Source: an uncultured Gammaproteobacteria bacterium (GTDB lineage: Bacteria > Pseudomonadota > Gammaproteobacteria > CAZYIF01). From it: DNA of 64,000 nt. The position numbers were made by a program, and so were the translations under genes. The number at the start of each line of letters is the position of its first letter. Positions within the stretch are counted from its first letter, which is position 1. Positions 26,849-38,362 of the stretch are shown in pieces. Where the stretch lies: the NCBI GenBank assembly GCA_964646995.1, contig CAZYIF010000001.1, positions 157,528-221,527 of the forward strand, read 5' to 3'. The notes under the pieces were generated by a model. It did not search any database and was not told the origin of the DNA. It saw only the letters and a list, made by a program, of their open reading frames with translations.

Positions 26849-27988
26849 ATGCGGCAATTAAGTAATCATTACGTGCAAGCGAAACGTCTCACCTTATTGT
26901 GTGGTTCAGTGAATATCGTGTTGGCACTGCTTAAACTCAGTGTGGGCCGTTTAGCCAATTCGCATGCATTGTTTGCCGATGGTGTACATTCACTCTCTGA
27001 CGTATTCATCGATGTATTTGTGTGGTTGGCCACGCGTTATGGCAATAAAAAGGCGGACGCGGACCACCCTTATGGGCATGCGCGCATCGAGACAGTCGCA
27101 GTGGTTGCGGTGGCGATGTTAATTTGCTTGGCGGGATTGGGTATTTTTGTCGACGCAGGATTACACTTATTGTCGCATCACACGGTAGTGCAACGACCTG
27201 ACAGCGTGACGTTGTGGGTTGCGGGCGGTTCATTGCTGATGAACGAAGGAATCTTTCGTTACATTCTAGCGATGGCAACGCGTTTGGATTCCTCTTTACT
27301 AAAAAGCTATGCGTGGCACAGTCGTGGTGATGCCGTGTCTTCCCTGTTGGTATTGCTAGGGATCAGTGTGAGTTTGTTGGGTTATCCCCACTGTGATTTG
27401 ATTGCTGCGTTAGGCGTTGGCTTATGGATTTTTAAAGTAGGTTTTTGGGACTTAGGTTGGGTAGGTATTCGTGAGTTAGTGGATACGGGATTGGGTCCGC
27501 AGGAACTGACCGACATCCAGCAGGCTATTCTTAAGGTAGCCGGTGTGCGTTCTATTCATCAACTGCGTACGCGATGCATGGCGGGTTACATTATTTTGGA
27601 TGTGCATGTATTGGTTGATGCCTACATCAGTGTGTCAGAGGGACACTACATCGGCACCCAAGTGCATCATCAATTAGTGGCGCAGTTTGCCAAAGTAATC
27701 GATGTTACGGTGCATGTAGATCCGGAAAACGATGAGAATGAAAGCCCGACACTGAATTTGCCTGCTCGTAATTTAGTCATAACTGATCTGCAGCGCTGCT
27801 TCCATGCCTTGCCGGGGTTTGCCGATAGCCGTGTACTATTACACTACTTGGACGGTACTTTGGAGGTGGAATTGCATTTGCCGTTGGCGTGCGCAGGAGA
27901 GCACGCAGAGGAGACCGTACAGGCTTACCATCAGGCTGCAACAAAGGCCACACTTATTTTTAAATTATCACTTTTATTTATGGCGTGA
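26849..27988 (+). CDS. Cation diffusion facilitator (CDF) family divalent-metal efflux transporter, with an extended C-terminal domain
   Basis: MRQLSNHYVQAKRLTLLCGSVNIVLALLKLSVGRLANSHALFADGVHSLSDV...HPYGHARIE are CDF signature motifs. About 90 aa extra at the C-terminus. Confidence 0.8.
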   Translation: MRQLSNHYVQAKRLTLLCGSVNIVLALLKLSVGRLANSHALFADGVHSLSDVFIDVFVWLATRYGNKKADADHPYGHARIETVAVVAVAMLICLAGLGIFVDAGLHLLSHHTVVQRPDSVTLWVAGGSLLMNEGIFRYILAMATRLDSSLLKSYAWHSRGDAVSSLLVLLGISVSLLGYPHCDLIAALGVGLWIFKVGFWDLGWVGIRELVDTGLGPQELTDIQQAILKVAGVRSIHQLRTRCMAGYIILDVHVLVDAYISVSEGHYIGTQVHHQLVAQFAKVIDVTVHVDPENDENESPTLNLPARNLVITDLQRCFHALPGFADSRVLLHYLDGTLEVELHLPLACAGEHAEETVQAYHQAATKATLIFKLSLLFMA

Positions 27989-28034
27989 TGCATTTTTTAT
28001 GGCTAAAATCGCGGCCTAGAGTTTATGGGTTTGT

Positions 28035-28050
28035 TGGCGCTGCAGTCGCA
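28035..28050 (+). promoter_or_regulatory. Candidate sigma-54 (-24/-12) promoter for glnA: TGGCGCTGCAGTCGCA
   Basis: GG-N10-GC spacing with the TGGC..N..TCGCA elements, 28 nt upstream of the glnA ATG. glnA is classically sigma-54/NtrC driven. Confidence 0.4.
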
Positions 28051-28078
28051 GTGTCGTTGGCAGTCGAGGGGAGCTTAG

Positions 28079-29488
28079 ATGGAAATCGCGCATATTTTAC
28101 AACAACTAGAAGAGAACGAAGTTAAATTTGTTGATCTACGTTTTACGGATACGCACGGCAGAGAAAAGCACGTTTCCGTGCCTGCGCGTTGCTTGGATAA
28201 TGCTTTTTTTGCTGAAGGTAAAATGTTTGATGGTTCCTCCATTGACGGATGGAAGACTATACAAAACTCAGACATGATCTTAATGCCGGATCTTGATACT
28301 GCAGTGATGGATCCGTTTTGCGAAGAGAGCACTTTAAATTTACGTTGCGATATCATCGAACCCACCACCATGCTGCCTTATGAACGTGATCCGCGTTCTA
28401 CCGCTAAGCGTGCAGAAGAATACTTGAAATTTACCGGTATTGCGGATGCGTGCTACATGGGGCCTGAACCTGAATTTTTTATTTTCGATGATGTGTCTTG
28501 GCACGTCAGCATGCGCGGCGCGAGTTACTCGGTGGATTCTGAAGAAGCCGAATGGAATTCTAATCGCCGTGGCAAAGTCGCCAACTTGGGGCATAGACCT
28601 GCGGTAAAAGGTGGGTATTTCCCGGTGCCGCCGGTAGATTCCTCCCAAGATCTACGTTCGGCTATGTGCATGACGCTAGAACAAATGGGTTTGATCGTAG
28701 AAGCGCATCACCATGAAGTCGCGACGTGTAATCAAAATGAGATTGCCACACGCTTTAATACCTTGGTACGCAAAGCGGATGAGATGCAAATCTTAAAGTA
28801 TGTCGTGCAGAATGTGGCGAATGCCTACGGCAAGAGTGTCACGTTTATGCCTAAGCCGCTCGTTGGTGATAATGGTAGTGGTATGCATTGCCATCAATCC
28901 TTAGTAAAAAATGGTGAAAATATATTTGCCGGTGATAAGTATGCGGGATTATCCGACACGGCTTTGTATTACATCGGCGGCATCATCAAGCACGCGCGTG
29001 CGATCAATGCATTGACGAATAGTACGACTAATAGTTACAAACGTTTGGTGCCAGGATTTGAAGCGCCGATCATGCTGGCCTATTCAGCACGTAATCGTTC
29101 TGCTTCCATCCGTGTGCCCTTTGTTGCTAACCCCAAGGCAAGACGCATAGAAGTACGTTTTCCGGATGCAGCGGGTAATCCTTATCTCGCATTTTCTGCC
29201 ATGCTGATGGCGGGTATTGATGGCATCAAGAATCGTATTCATCCGGGTGAGCCGTTAGACAAAGATTTATATGACTTGCCACCGGAAGAAGCCAAAGATG
29301 TGCCTACGATTTGCAGTTCATTAGAGCAAGCGTTAGGTGCACTGGATAGCGATCGTGAATTTTTATTACAAGGGGATGTTTTTTCTGATGATTTAATTAA
29401 CAGTTATCTCAAGATAAAGCAAGCCGAAGTAAAGCGTTTGCAAATGACGACACATCCAGTAGAATTTGAAATGTATTATAGCTCGTAA
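28079..29488 (+). CDS. glnA: Glutamine synthetase type I (GlnA)
   Basis: 469 aa; [36 protein letters not shown]..; GS catalytic motifs (..[10 protein letters not shown].., ..[11 protein letters not shown]..) and the adenylylation-site region. Confidence 0.95.
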   Translation: MEIAHILQQLEENEVKFVDLRFTDTHGREKHVSVPARCLDNAFFAEGKMFDGSSIDGWKTIQNSDMILMPDLDTAVMDPFCEESTLNLRCDIIEPTTMLPYERDPRSTAKRAEEYLKFTGIADACYMGPEPEFFIFDDVSWHVSMRGASYSVDSEEAEWNSNRRGKVANLGHRPAVKGGYFPVPPVDSSQDLRSAMCMTLEQMGLIVEAHHHEVATCNQNEIATRFNTLVRKADEMQILKYVVQNVANAYGKSVTFMPKPLVGDNGSGMHCHQSLVKNGENIFAGDKYAGLSDTALYYIGGIIKHARAINALTNSTTNSYKRLVPGFEAPIMLAYSARNRSASIRVPFVANPKARRIEVRFPDAAGNPYLAFSAMLMAGIDGIKNRIHPGEPLDKDLYDLPPEEAKDVPTICSSLEQALGALDSDREFLLQGDVFSDDLINSYLKIKQAEVKRLQMTTHPVEFEMYYSS

Positions 29489-29497
29489 GGGGAGTCT

Positions 29498-30046
29498 ATG
29501 CGCATTTTTCCTATTGTGCTGATAGGTTTGCTGAGTGCGTCTTTGGCATACGCGAAGATTTACAGAGTCATTGATAAAAGCAATGGCTCTGTCACTTTCA
29601 GTGATACACCGAGTCAAATGGCTGATGAAGTGAAGTTGGCGGAGCCGCAGACCTTTTCAGCACCGCGTAGTAGCAATGTGCAGCAGACACCGCAAGTGAC
29701 AACAGAACCGCAAACGTCGGCAGGCACAACGCCCGATTCGGCAATCTCCGTTAGTATTACCAGCCCGACGGCCGATCAAGTTTTTGTAAATAACGCGGAG
29801 GGAACGCTCCCGGTGTCTGTGCAAGTAAAGCCTGATGGGTCACGTAAAAAAGTACAATTACTGCTAGATGGTAGTGCGGCCGGCGCTGCGGCGATGGCAA
29901 CTTCGTTTACCTTGACTAACATTGATCGTGGTCAACATACTGTGGCGGCTAAGTTGCTAGATGACAATGATAAGATGCTTGCTGAGAGTGAGCCGGTTAC
30001 ATTTTTCATGCAGCGTCCACGTATATTGAATCGCTCGCCCCAGTAA
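29498..30046 (+). CDS. DUF4124-domain secreted protein
   Basis: Signal peptide followed by KIYRVIDKSNGSVTFSDTPS (the DUF4124 core), then a T/P/Q-rich linker. Confidence 0.6.
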   Translation: MRIFPIVLIGLLSASLAYAKIYRVIDKSNGSVTFSDTPSQMADEVKLAEPQTFSAPRSSNVQQTPQVTTEPQTSAGTTPDSAISVSITSPTADQVFVNNAEGTLPVSVQVKPDGSRKKVQLLLDGSAAGAAAMATSFTLTNIDRGQHTVAAKLLDDNDKMLAESEPVTFFMQRPRILNRSPQ

Positions 30047-30098
30047 TTTAGTTGCCTCCATTTTGCAAAGAAACGACGACAGAGCATAGGGGATTTGT

Positions 30099-30494
30099 GT
30101 GCTACCCATGACTTTTAGCAGTTTACTGTATGTTATTGCGGGTGGCGCTTCTGGTTGTTGTGTGCGTTACCTCATTTCCATGTGGTTGGCTCCTTATGCG
30201 ATTGCATCGATCGCCGTGTATGGCACCTTGTGCGTGAATACCCTGGGGTGCTTGCTGATTGGTGCGGCGAATGGCTTAGCGCAAACACGCATGCAGTGGG
30301 GTTCTGAATGGCGTTTGCTATTAATCGTGGGTTTTTTGGGTGGATTGACTACATTCTCCGGCGTAGCCTACGACATTTTTGCGTTATTGCGGGCCCAACA
30401 CGCGCTGTTAGCGGTGTCTTATGCCATAGGGCATATGACCTTAGGTGTGCTAGCCGTAGGCATAGGCTATTACTGCGCGTTGCACTATTGTTAA
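30099..30494 (+). CDS. crcB: Fluoride ion channel CrcB/FluC
   Basis: 131 aa, four TM helices, a GxxTTFSxxxxD-like motif (FLGGLTTFSGVAYD). Confidence 0.8.
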   Translation: MLPMTFSSLLYVIAGGASGCCVRYLISMWLAPYAIASIAVYGTLCVNTLGCLLIGAANGLAQTRMQWGSEWRLLLIVGFLGGLTTFSGVAYDIFALLRAQHALLAVSYAIGHMTLGVLAVGIGYYCALHYC

Positions 30495-30510
30495 AGTTGC
30501 GTTGAGAGCC

Positions 30511-33276
30511 TCACAACTCCGCTATCCGTGTTCGCTGTTGTAGTAACTTATCCAGTGCGCTGCGTAATTCTGCACACAGCTCGCGTTCTTTGACAACAAT
30601 CGCGGGCGGTGCTTTGTTGCTAAAATCTGGGTTATCTAATTTAGCACTGGTTTTTAGCAGATTTTGTTGGAGCTTGAGGATCTCTTTATCCAAGCGGGCG
30701 AGTTCGCTGTGCTTATCGATTAAGCCTGCCATGGGGATCAGCAAGGTTAACTCACCGACTAATGCCGTAGCGGCGTGCGGCAGCGGATCGCCGGGATTCA
30801 GCCACGTGATAGAGGCTAGCTTAGCCAGTTGCATCAGCCACGGTTGATGGGCATGCAGACGCTGTTTGTCACTGTCATCGCCATTGTATAGACACAAGGG
30901 TAGCGGTTGTTGTGGTGCAATATTCATCTCTGCACGAATGGTGCGTACCCCAATAATGACGGCTTGTACCCAAGCAATATCCGTTTCGCTGTCGGCATCG
31001 ATTTCAGCCGCATGCGCTTGGGGATAAGCTTGTAACATCACCGTGGCCGATGCGGGTTGTCCTATCAGTGGTGCGATGCGTTGCCAAATTTCTTCGGTGA
31101 TGAAAGGCATGATGGGATGGAGTAAACGCAGCAGACTATCGAGGGTATGCAGCAAGGTATAACGTGTCGCCTGTTGCAGGCTTGTGTTGTCACCGGTGAG
31201 AGTGGGTTTGGCGAGTTCCAGATACCAATCACACAAGCTATGCCAGGTGAATTCGTACAAGGTTTTGCATAACAGATCAAAACGGTATTCTGCAAAGTAT
31301 TGATGTACCTGGTTGATGGTGCGTTGTAATTGGGAGCGGATCCAGCGATCGGCTAGACTAAATTGCGCGGGTGCTTGGGTGAACGCGTTACCCTGCGTTG
31401 CGCTGCAATTGAGGAGTACGTAACGCGATGCATTCCATAGTTTATTGCAGAAGTTACGGTAACCGGTGATCCGTTCTAGATCGAAATTGATATTGCGGCC
31501 TGGACAGGCTAACGCACAAAACGTAAAGCGCAAGGCGTCGGTGCCGAAGGCAGGAATGCCTTCCGGAAATTGTTGGCGTGTCCCTTGCTCTATGCGTTTG
31601 GCCATGGCGGGTTGCATGAGGTTTTGCGTGTTTTTGTGTATGAGGTCAGGGAGGCTAATGCCATCGATTAGGTCAATAGGATCCAATGCATTGCCTTTAG
31701 ACTTAGACATCTTCTGCCCCGTGGCATCACGGATCAAGGGTGTGATGTATACTTCACGGAAGGGCACTTGCTGGGTGAAATACAAGCCGAACATCACCAT
31801 GCGTGCGACCCAGAAGAAGATGATATCAAATCCCGTGACGAGCACAGACGTAGGATAAAACTGTTGTAGCGCGGTAGTTTGCTCGGGCCAGCCTAAGGTG
31901 GAGAATGGCCACAACGCGGCAGAAAACCACGTATCCAATACATCTTCATCTTGCGTCAAGGCGAGAGAGGGATCTAACTGATGCGCATGACGCACCGCCT
32001 CTTCACTGTCGCCGACATAGATATTACCTGCTGCATCGTACCATGCGGGTATGCGGTGTCCCCACCACAGTTGCCGACTGACACACCAGTCTTCCACATT
32101 TTCTAGCCATTGATTGTAGGTGTTTTGCCAATTATCCGGAATAAAACGGATGCGCCCGTCGCGTACGGCATCCAAAGCGGGTTTGGCTAACGGTGCAGTA
32201 CGCACAAACCATTGATCCGTTAAATAAGGCTCTATGATGGCGCCAGAGCGATCACCACGCGGCATTTTTAATACATGTTTTTCTACTTTTTCCAGTAAGC
32301 CTTGGGCTTGCATGTCGGCAACAATTTTTTCCCGTGCAGCGTCACGACTTAACCCTTGATAGGCAAGCGGTGCTTGGTCGTTGATGTGTGCATCCGGCGT
32401 GAAAATATTGCGTAGGGGTAACTGGTGGCGTTTCGCCATGGCGTAGTCGTTAAAATCATGTGCCGGTGTGATCTTGACGCAGCCGCTACCGAAGGTGGGA
32501 TCAACATAACTGTCCGCGATGATAGGAATGTTGCGTCCACAGAGTGGCAGTGTGATTTGCTTGCCGATGTACGCTTGGTAACGGGTATCATCTGGATGCA
32601 CGGCAACGGCCACATCACCTAACAGCGTTTCGGGGCGTGTGGTTGCGACAGTGAGATGACCACTGCCATCGCATAGGGGATAGCGCAAGTGCCACAAGTG
32701 TCCTTCGGTTTCTTCCACGATGACTTCCAAATCAGAAATAGCCGTTAACAAGTGTGGATCCCAGTTCACTAAGCGTTGTCCTCGGTACAGCAAGCCATCG
32801 CGATAGAGTTGAATAAATGCTGTTTGTACCGCGTGGGATAAGCCCGGATCTAAGGTGAAACGTTCACGTTGCCAATCGACAGAGACACCTAAGCGACGTA
32901 GTTGTCCGGTGATGTGTCCGCCAGATTGGCGTTGCCATTGCCAGATACGTTCAATGAATGCATCGCGGCCTATATCGTGTTTTGTTTGTTGCTGTGCTTG
33001 CAATTGGCGCTCTACCACCATTTGGGTAGCGATGCCGGCATGATCGGTGCCTACTTGCCACAAGGTGTTTTTACCTTGCATGCGCTGATAACGAATGAGA
33101 GCGTCCTGTATGCTGTTTTGAAAACCATGGCCCATGTGCAAAATGCCAGTGACATTGGGCGGCGGAATCATAATACAGTAATTCTCACCGTGACCACTGG
33201 GGGTGAAGTAGCCTTGCTGTTCCCAATGTGCGTACCAGCGCTGTTCAATGCTTTGTGGGTCGTAGTGTTTTTCCAT
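30511..33276 (-). CDS. valS: Valine--tRNA ligase
   Basis: [38 protein letters not shown] (HIGH), KMSKS present, C-terminal coiled coil. The track start 33336 is an upstream alternative; MEKHYDP is the likely start. Confidence 0.95.
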   Translation of the reverse strand: MEKHYDPQSIEQRWYAHWEQQGYFTPSGHGENYCIMIPPPNVTGILHMGHGFQNSIQDALIRYQRMQGKNTLWQVGTDHAGIATQMVVERQLQAQQQTKHDIGRDAFIERIWQWQRQSGGHITGQLRRLGVSVDWQRERFTLDPGLSHAVQTAFIQLYRDGLLYRGQRLVNWDPHLLTAISDLEVIVEETEGHLWHLRYPLCDGSGHLTVATTRPETLLGDVAVAVHPDDTRYQAYIGKQITLPLCGRNIPIIADSYVDPTFGSGCVKITPAHDFNDYAMAKRHQLPLRNIFTPDAHINDQAPLAYQGLSRDAAREKIVADMQAQGLLEKVEKHVLKMPRGDRSGAIIEPYLTDQWFVRTAPLAKPALDAVRDGRIRFIPDNWQNTYNQWLENVEDWCVSRQLWWGHRIPAWYDAAGNIYVGDSEEAVRHAHQLDPSLALTQDEDVLDTWFSAALWPFSTLGWPEQTTALQQFYPTSVLVTGFDIIFFWVARMVMFGLYFTQQVPFREVYITPLIRDATGQKMSKSKGNALDPIDLIDGISLPDLIHKNTQNLMQPAMAKRIEQGTRQQFPEGIPAFGTDALRFTFCALACPGRNINFDLERITGYRNFCNKLWNASRYVLLNCSATQGNAFTQAPAQFSLADRWIRSQLQRTINQVHQYFAEYRFDLLCKTLYEFTWHSLCDWYLELAKPTLTGDNTSLQQATRYTLLHTLDSLLRLLHPIMPFITEEIWQRIAPLIGQPASATVMLQAYPQAHAAEIDADSETDIAWVQAVIIGVRTIRAEMNIAPQQPLPLCLYNGDDSDKQRLHAHQPWLMQLAKLASITWLNPGDPLPHAATALVGELTLLIPMAGLIDKHSELARLDKEILKLQQNLLKTSAKLDNPDFSNKAPPAIVVKERELCAELRSALDKLLQQRTRIAEL

Positions 33277-33640
33277 AAGTTTCTCTGATCGGTTAAGCGA
33301 AACGGGTATTCTGCCAGAGCTTGCGTTGCGAAACAAACCCTGCGGAATCGATAATGGGAAATAGATCGTAGGCGCAATCTAAGCTTAGCCGCTTAGGTAG
33401 ATCGGTTTTAGGGGATAATTCCAGCTTCTGGAATCCACGACGATTCAACCAAGCACGCCATTTATAGCAAAAAGAATGCTATCATTGGCCCAGATTGTTT
33501 GAGCGAGAGGTGGGTCATGACTAAAGGCGGTAACGATAAAAAAATAAAGCACGCACGTATTTAGAAACCGAGTCAGAAACCAAAGGTGGAAGGTATGTAC
33601 AGCAGTTCCCGTCCAATTTTGGTATGACTTATTGAAAAAT

Positions 33641-33805
33641 GCAGGTAACTATTCAGCAAAATGCTGAATAGTTACCTGCATTTTATGCCTACCCAGTAAA
33701 ACTGGGTTTAACGGCGCTCAAGGGGAGAATCCCCATCGCGTGAAGAAAACACTGCACTTTCAATGCAAAATCGTAATGCTTTGCAACTTTGCTGAATAGC
33801 TACAA
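33641..33805. repeat. MITE/REP-like repeat family B, copy 3 (inverted orientation), with a D-module fragment at 33846-33870
   Basis: gcaggtaactattcagcaaaatgctgaatagttacctgc (perfect 39-bp palindrome), then cctacccagtaaaactggg..ggcgctcaaggggagaatccccatcgcg. Confidence 0.75.
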
Positions 33806-33855
33806 ATGCAGATTAATAAATCCCACTTTTCGGTACCACTTCTACAATTCATTCG

Positions 33856-34290
33856 CTAGTGGTCTATAGTGTGGGTGTGCAGCTCGCAGCCTTGTGTTTG
33901 GTAATGACGGTAACGCGCGCGCGCAGCATCCCGTTGTATGACATCTTGTTGCAGGACTAACTCAATGACACGCGGAAAGTCTGGCGCGAACCCAGGAACA
34001 TCGACGGCTAAGTTAATCAGCACATCGTAAGTGCGTTGTGGTGTTTGTGCATAGTCTAGAATAATGGCTGTACTCGGATCTGCAGCACTTTGTAGTGCAT
34101 GTGGAATAAACGCGGCATCATGGAAGGTCCAGAGTAAACTATCCAATCGTGTTAATTGTTGTGGAGAAGCGGCAGCGATATAAATGGACTGATCTTGTTG
34201 ATAGATTTTTTCAATGAGGCGGCAGAGGAATAACTCTGCCGCCGGTGTGGAAGCGTGTTGCAGTAGATAAAAATCAACACGCGTGGGCAC
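33856..34290 (-). CDS. holC: DNA polymerase III subunit chi
   Basis: MPTRVDFYLLQ..., about 144 aa, chi-family. Synteny pepA-holC-valS as in E. coli. Confidence 0.8.
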   Translation of the reverse strand: MPTRVDFYLLQHASTPAAELFLCRLIEKIYQQDQSIYIAAASPQQLTRLDSLLWTFHDAAFIPHALQSAADPSTAIILDYAQTPQRTYDVLINLAVDVPGFAPDFPRVIELVLQQDVIQRDAARARYRHYQTQGCELHTHTIDH

Positions 34291-35780
34291 TAACGTTTGC
34301 TCCGTTGCTGCAACAAGGCCAATAATAAAGGCACGGGTCTGCCGGTTGCCCCTTTGTTTTTACCGGTGAGATAAGCAACTCCTGCAATATCCAAATGCGC
34401 CCAACGTTGATTTTGGGTGAAGTTCGCCAGAAACGCAGCTGCCGTACAACTGCTGGCTTGACGATCGCCGCAATTGACGAAGTCTGCAAAATTACTTTGT
34501 AGCGCGTCTTGGAACTCTGGCCATAACGGCATGCGCCAACTGCGATCGGCACTGAGTTCACTGGCTGTTGCAATTTCCGCAGCCAATGTATCATCGGTGG
34601 TAAACACGCCGGCGGCTTCTTTGCCTAACGCAATACTGATGGCACCGGTTAAGGTGGCGATGTCAATGATGGTGTGCGGTTTGTAGCGCTGACAGTAAGT
34701 CAATGCATCACACAGAATCAAACGTCCCTCGGCATCGGTGTTGATGATCTCTATCGTTTGTCCGGACATGCTAGTGACGATGTCGCCGGGTTTCGTTGCT
34801 TGGTGACTAGGCATGTTTTCCACGGCAGCAATAATACCAACGACATTGATGGGCAACTGTAATTCGGCTGTACTCAGCAAAGTACCTAAGACACTACCGG
34901 CACCACTCATATCAAATTTCATTTCATCCATATTTGCTGCTGGCTTGATGCTAATGCCACCGCTATCAAAGGTAACGCCTTTGCCGACCAACGCAATTGG
35001 CGCTGCGTTTTTTGCGCCGCCTTTGTATTCTAGGATGATTAGCTTAGGTGGCTGGATACTGCCTTGACTGACTGAAAGCAAAGAGCCCATGCCCAGCTTA
35101 CGCATTTGTGCTTCCTCTAATACGCTGACTTTCAGGCTAGGATAGCGGCGCGCGAGATTACGTGCTTCTTTAGCGAGGTAGGTAGGCGTGCAGATGTTGG
35201 CGGGGAGGTTGCCGAGATCTTTGGTGAGGCGCATGCCTTTAGCTAAGGCGTGATGCTCTTGTATGCGTTCGCGTAAGTCTTTGGCGTGCTTAGCATCGGG
35301 TGCCATAAACGTAATGCGACGCAAGGCATACGCATCGGCTTTTTTACTCTTGCATTGATCGAAACGATAGAACGTCTCTTCTATCAAGTACAGCGTTTGA
35401 CGCAGGCACCAGTGCGGGGTATGTGAATGCGCGGGGAGTACCGGCAAGCAGTGAATGGCGTCGCGGCAGTTGAGTTCTTTTAATACATCTAAGGCGCGTT
35501 GCGTGACTTGGCGAAAAACCTTGTCCGTGAACGCCTGGTATGGGCCGCAGTTTACCAGAATAATACGGGCAAATGCACAGCGTTCGAGTTGAGGCAACAG
35601 CCAGGTTTGCCCGGCCTGTTTGGCGAGGTCGCCTTGTGTGCAATATTGTTTGAGTTGTTTTTGGGTCTCTTTGTCTAAGGAGTCCACGTATTCAGGCAGT
35701 GGTCTGTCATTAAAAATACCCAAAAGCAGACAGGCACTGCGTTGTTTGGCCAGTGTACCAATTTTTACATCATATTCCAT
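34290..35780 (-). CDS. pepA: Leucyl aminopeptidase (cytosol aminopeptidase PepA)
   Basis: MEYDVKIGTLAKQRSACLLLGIF.. (E. coli PepA-like N-terminus); NTDAEGRLILCDALTY active-site motif. Confidence 0.9.
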   Translation of the reverse strand: MEYDVKIGTLAKQRSACLLLGIFNDRPLPEYVDSLDKETQKQLKQYCTQGDLAKQAGQTWLLPQLERCAFARIILVNCGPYQAFTDKVFRQVTQRALDVLKELNCRDAIHCLPVLPAHSHTPHWCLRQTLYLIEETFYRFDQCKSKKADAYALRRITFMAPDAKHAKDLRERIQEHHALAKGMRLTKDLGNLPANICTPTYLAKEARNLARRYPSLKVSVLEEAQMRKLGMGSLLSVSQGSIQPPKLIILEYKGGAKNAAPIALVGKGVTFDSGGISIKPAANMDEMKFDMSGAGSVLGTLLSTAELQLPINVVGIIAAVENMPSHQATKPGDIVTSMSGQTIEIINTDAEGRLILCDALTYCQRYKPHTIIDIATLTGAISIALGKEAAGVFTTDDTLAAEIATASELSADRSWRMPLWPEFQDALQSNFADFVNCGDRQASSCTAAAFLANFTQNQRWAHLDIAGVAYLTGKNKGATGRPVPLLLALLQQRSKR

Positions 35781-35858
35781 GCGGTTGCTCCTACAGACAG
35801 AATGATTAGTTTGGTAGATAATACGCAACTCAGTGCTATTTTTCAAAGAAGAATCATC

Positions 35859-36980
35859 ATGCTCATTGTGCGTTACCTCACAAAAGAAGTGATCCTCACC
35901 CTAGGTGTCGTGATGATGGTGTTATTATTGGTTTTTTTAAGCAATCAATTTGCACATTATTTAGGTGCTACTGCATTGGGGCTGGTTGCCGGTGATGTAT
36001 TATTCCGGGTGATTTTGTGTGAGATTCCTCATTTATTAGGATTGTTGTTGCCCTTGGGTTTTTATTTAGCGATTTTATTGGCATACGGCCGCCTGTACTC
36101 GGACAGCGAAATGTTGGTGTTACATGCTTGTGGCTTTAGTCGCGGTCAGTTATGTCGGTTGACGTTCGTATTGGGTGCTGGTTTGTGCTTAATGGTTGCT
36201 TGGTTAAATTTTTATGTGACGCCCAATGTATTGCAGCAGCGCGATAAATTATTGCAAAACGCGGGGCTATCCTCGTTACTATCAACTATTTTGCCGGGCC
36301 GATTTCAACAAGCAAACGATGGGTCTGCCGTGTTTTTTGTGCGTTCCTTGGCGCGTGATCGGCGTAGTATGGAAGGAGTGTTTGTCGCTCAGCAACAAGC
36401 AACCCCAGCCGCGGATGGTACACCCCGATGGGCGGTATTAGCCGCGAAGCGTGGTTATCAGTCGGTAGATGCAGCTACTGGTGATAATTTTATCGTGACC
36501 ACACAAGGCTATCGCTATGTGGGTACTCCGGGTAAACACGATTATCAAGTGTTCGACTTCAAGCGCTACGGTGTACGCATAGGGCATGCGGACACGGCCG
36601 CGTATACGGCGGATACCGATGTACTCAGTACACCCAAGTTATGGGAGGTAGTTAAACGCGGTGACATGCGTGCGATTGCGGAGTGGCAGTGGCGGTGGTG
36701 CATGCCGCTTTCTGTGATCTGGTTAACCTTACTTGCAGTGTGTCTGAGCCGAGTGAATCCACGGCAAGGGCGGTATAGTCGCTTGCTGCCTGCCATCTTG
36801 TGTTATACCTGCTACGTGAATTTAATGTTCGTGAGCCGTGCGTGGTTGCAGAAGGCGCTGATTCCACCGTTGTTGGGTTTGTGGTGGGTGCAGGTGGTGG
36901 CGTTGTTACTCAGTATTACGCTGTGGTATGTGCAAGAACGGGGTTACCGCTGGCGACGGCTGTGGGTGAGTGTGACATGA
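35859..36980 (+). CDS. lptF: LPS export ABC transporter permease LptF
   Basis: MLIVRYLTKEVILTLGVVMMVLLLVFLSNQF.., six-TM YjgP/YjgQ family. Divergent from pepA as in E. coli. Confidence 0.85.
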   Translation: MLIVRYLTKEVILTLGVVMMVLLLVFLSNQFAHYLGATALGLVAGDVLFRVILCEIPHLLGLLLPLGFYLAILLAYGRLYSDSEMLVLHACGFSRGQLCRLTFVLGAGLCLMVAWLNFYVTPNVLQQRDKLLQNAGLSSLLSTILPGRFQQANDGSAVFFVRSLARDRRSMEGVFVAQQQATPAADGTPRWAVLAAKRGYQSVDAATGDNFIVTTQGYRYVGTPGKHDYQVFDFKRYGVRIGHADTAAYTADTDVLSTPKLWEVVKRGDMRAIAEWQWRWCMPLSVIWLTLLAVCLSRVNPRQGRYSRLLPAILCYTCYVNLMFVSRAWLQKALIPPLLGLWWVQVVALLLSITLWYVQERGYRWRRLWVSVT

Positions 36981-38047
36981 ATCAATTAGAGCGTTATTTG
37001 GCTATTACTATTTTACGCACCACTTTGTTGGTGTTATTAGTGTTTGTCTCAGTCCAACTCTTAGTTTCTTTATTGCATGAGCTGCACAGTGTATCTATCG
37101 GCGAATATCACATCTGGTCTGCGATTAAAGTGGTATTGTTGGAATTACCGGGGCAACTGTATCAACTATTTCCCATTGCGAGTTTGCTCGGTAGTTTATT
37201 GGGTCTCGGTTTATTAGCGGCGCACAGTGAATTAATCGTGATGCAGGCTGCTGGTTTTAGCCGGTTAAATATTTTGTTTGCGTTATTGAAGATTAGTGTA
37301 TTGATGATACTGGTGGTGACGGTATTAGGCGAAGTGGTGGCGCCAGGTGCTGACGATCGCGCACGGCATGACAAAGCGATCGCATTGAGCAGTGGACAGG
37401 CGATTAATACGGTGCACGGATTATGGTTGCGAGATGATCATACCTTTATTCACATCGAGCAGGTGTTACCCGACGAAAGCTTAGCGGGCGTCACCTTGTA
37501 TCAATTTGATGATAGTTCGCGTTTGTTGTTTGCACGTGCAGCGCGTTCTGCACGATATCGAGAATTGAGTTGGGTATTGTATGATGTTGTACAAACGACG
37601 TTTCTCCCGCAACAAACTCAGATTATGCACGCTAAATCCATGCCATGGATGACGACGGTAAAACCGAATTTATTGGGACTCAATCGCACGCGGCCTAGCG
37701 ATATGAGTCTGTTGAAGTTACACGGCTATTTGCGGCGTTATCGCCATGTCAACGGTTTGCTTGAAGGTAGTTTTGCTTTCACGTTTTGGCAGCGCGTGTT
37801 GCAGCCTGGCGTGACCTTGGTGATGATATTGCTTGCGGTGCCTTTCGTATTTGGCTCATTACGCAAGGCATCGATGGGACTGCGTTTATTTGTTGGTATT
37901 TGTCTGGGGTTTAGTTTCTTCTTGGTAAATCAGGTGGTTGGCCCGGTCAGCTTAGTGTATCAAGTCCCGCCGCTGCTTGCCGCTAGCATGCCGATGTTAT
38001 TGTTTGCTGCGTTGGGGATGCTATTATTCTGGCGGCACGTGCGCTGA
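36977..38047 (+). CDS. lptG: LPS export ABC transporter permease LptG
   Basis: MNQLERYLAITILRTTLLVLLVFVSVQLL.., YjgP/YjgQ family. Its ATGA overlaps the lptF stop. Confidence 0.85.
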   Translation: MNQLERYLAITILRTTLLVLLVFVSVQLLVSLLHELHSVSIGEYHIWSAIKVVLLELPGQLYQLFPIASLLGSLLGLGLLAAHSELIVMQAAGFSRLNILFALLKISVLMILVVTVLGEVVAPGADDRARHDKAIALSSGQAINTVHGLWLRDDHTFIHIEQVLPDESLAGVTLYQFDDSSRLLFARAARSARYRELSWVLYDVVQTTFLPQQTQIMHAKSMPWMTTVKPNLLGLNRTRPSDMSLLKLHGYLRRYRHVNGLLEGSFAFTFWQRVLQPGVTLVMILLAVPFVFGSLRKASMGLRLFVGICLGFSFFLVNQVVGPVSLVYQVPPLLAASMPMLLFAALGMLLFWRHVR

Positions 38048-38059
38048 GGCTGCAGCGTA

Positions 38060-38300
38060 GATGAGTCAGTCTTTTGGCATCACGCCTAAAATGCATGCGC
38101 TAGCGGTATACCGCTAGCCTAGACAGCATCAAGATGCTACAATTTCCGCTTGTGCTTTATTGTTTTAATGACCGGCACACAGTAAATTTATGCACGGTCA
38201 CCCAAGGGTAGAATCACGATTCTCCCCTTGGGAAACGCCATCGCGTTAAGAACACTGCAAAATGCAAAATCGCATTTTGGGATCCAATAGGTGTATCTGA
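38060..38300. repeat. Composite repeat: D module (38060-38118, containing the 20-bp perfect palindrome GCTAGCGGTATACCGCTAGC) fused to family A copy 4
   Basis: ..ttggcatcacgcctaaaatgcatgcgctagcggtataccgctagcc.., then cacccaagggtagaatcacgattctccccttggg..caaaatgcaaaatcgcattttg. Confidence 0.7.
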
Positions 38301-38362
38301 TGGTAAAAATGAGAAAGCAAGAAGATGCAGTTATTCGTAAGTTCAATGAAGGTTAACAAACA

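Noticed and set aside
30047..30098. Fluoride riboswitch (crcB motif) expected upstream of crcB
   Set aside because: The 52-nt leader lacks the conserved GGnGAUGG...AAACCGCC...CUGAUGA elements on inspection. crcB may be constitutively expressed or read through from the DUF4124 gene.
38098..38117. 20-bp palindrome GCTAGCGGTATACCGCTAGC, considered as a dedicated transcription-factor operator for greA
   Set aside because: The same half-site (GCTAGCGGTATA) recurs as part of the dispersed D and A repeat modules in unrelated contexts, so it is more likely a repeat terminus or TIR than a gene-specific operator.
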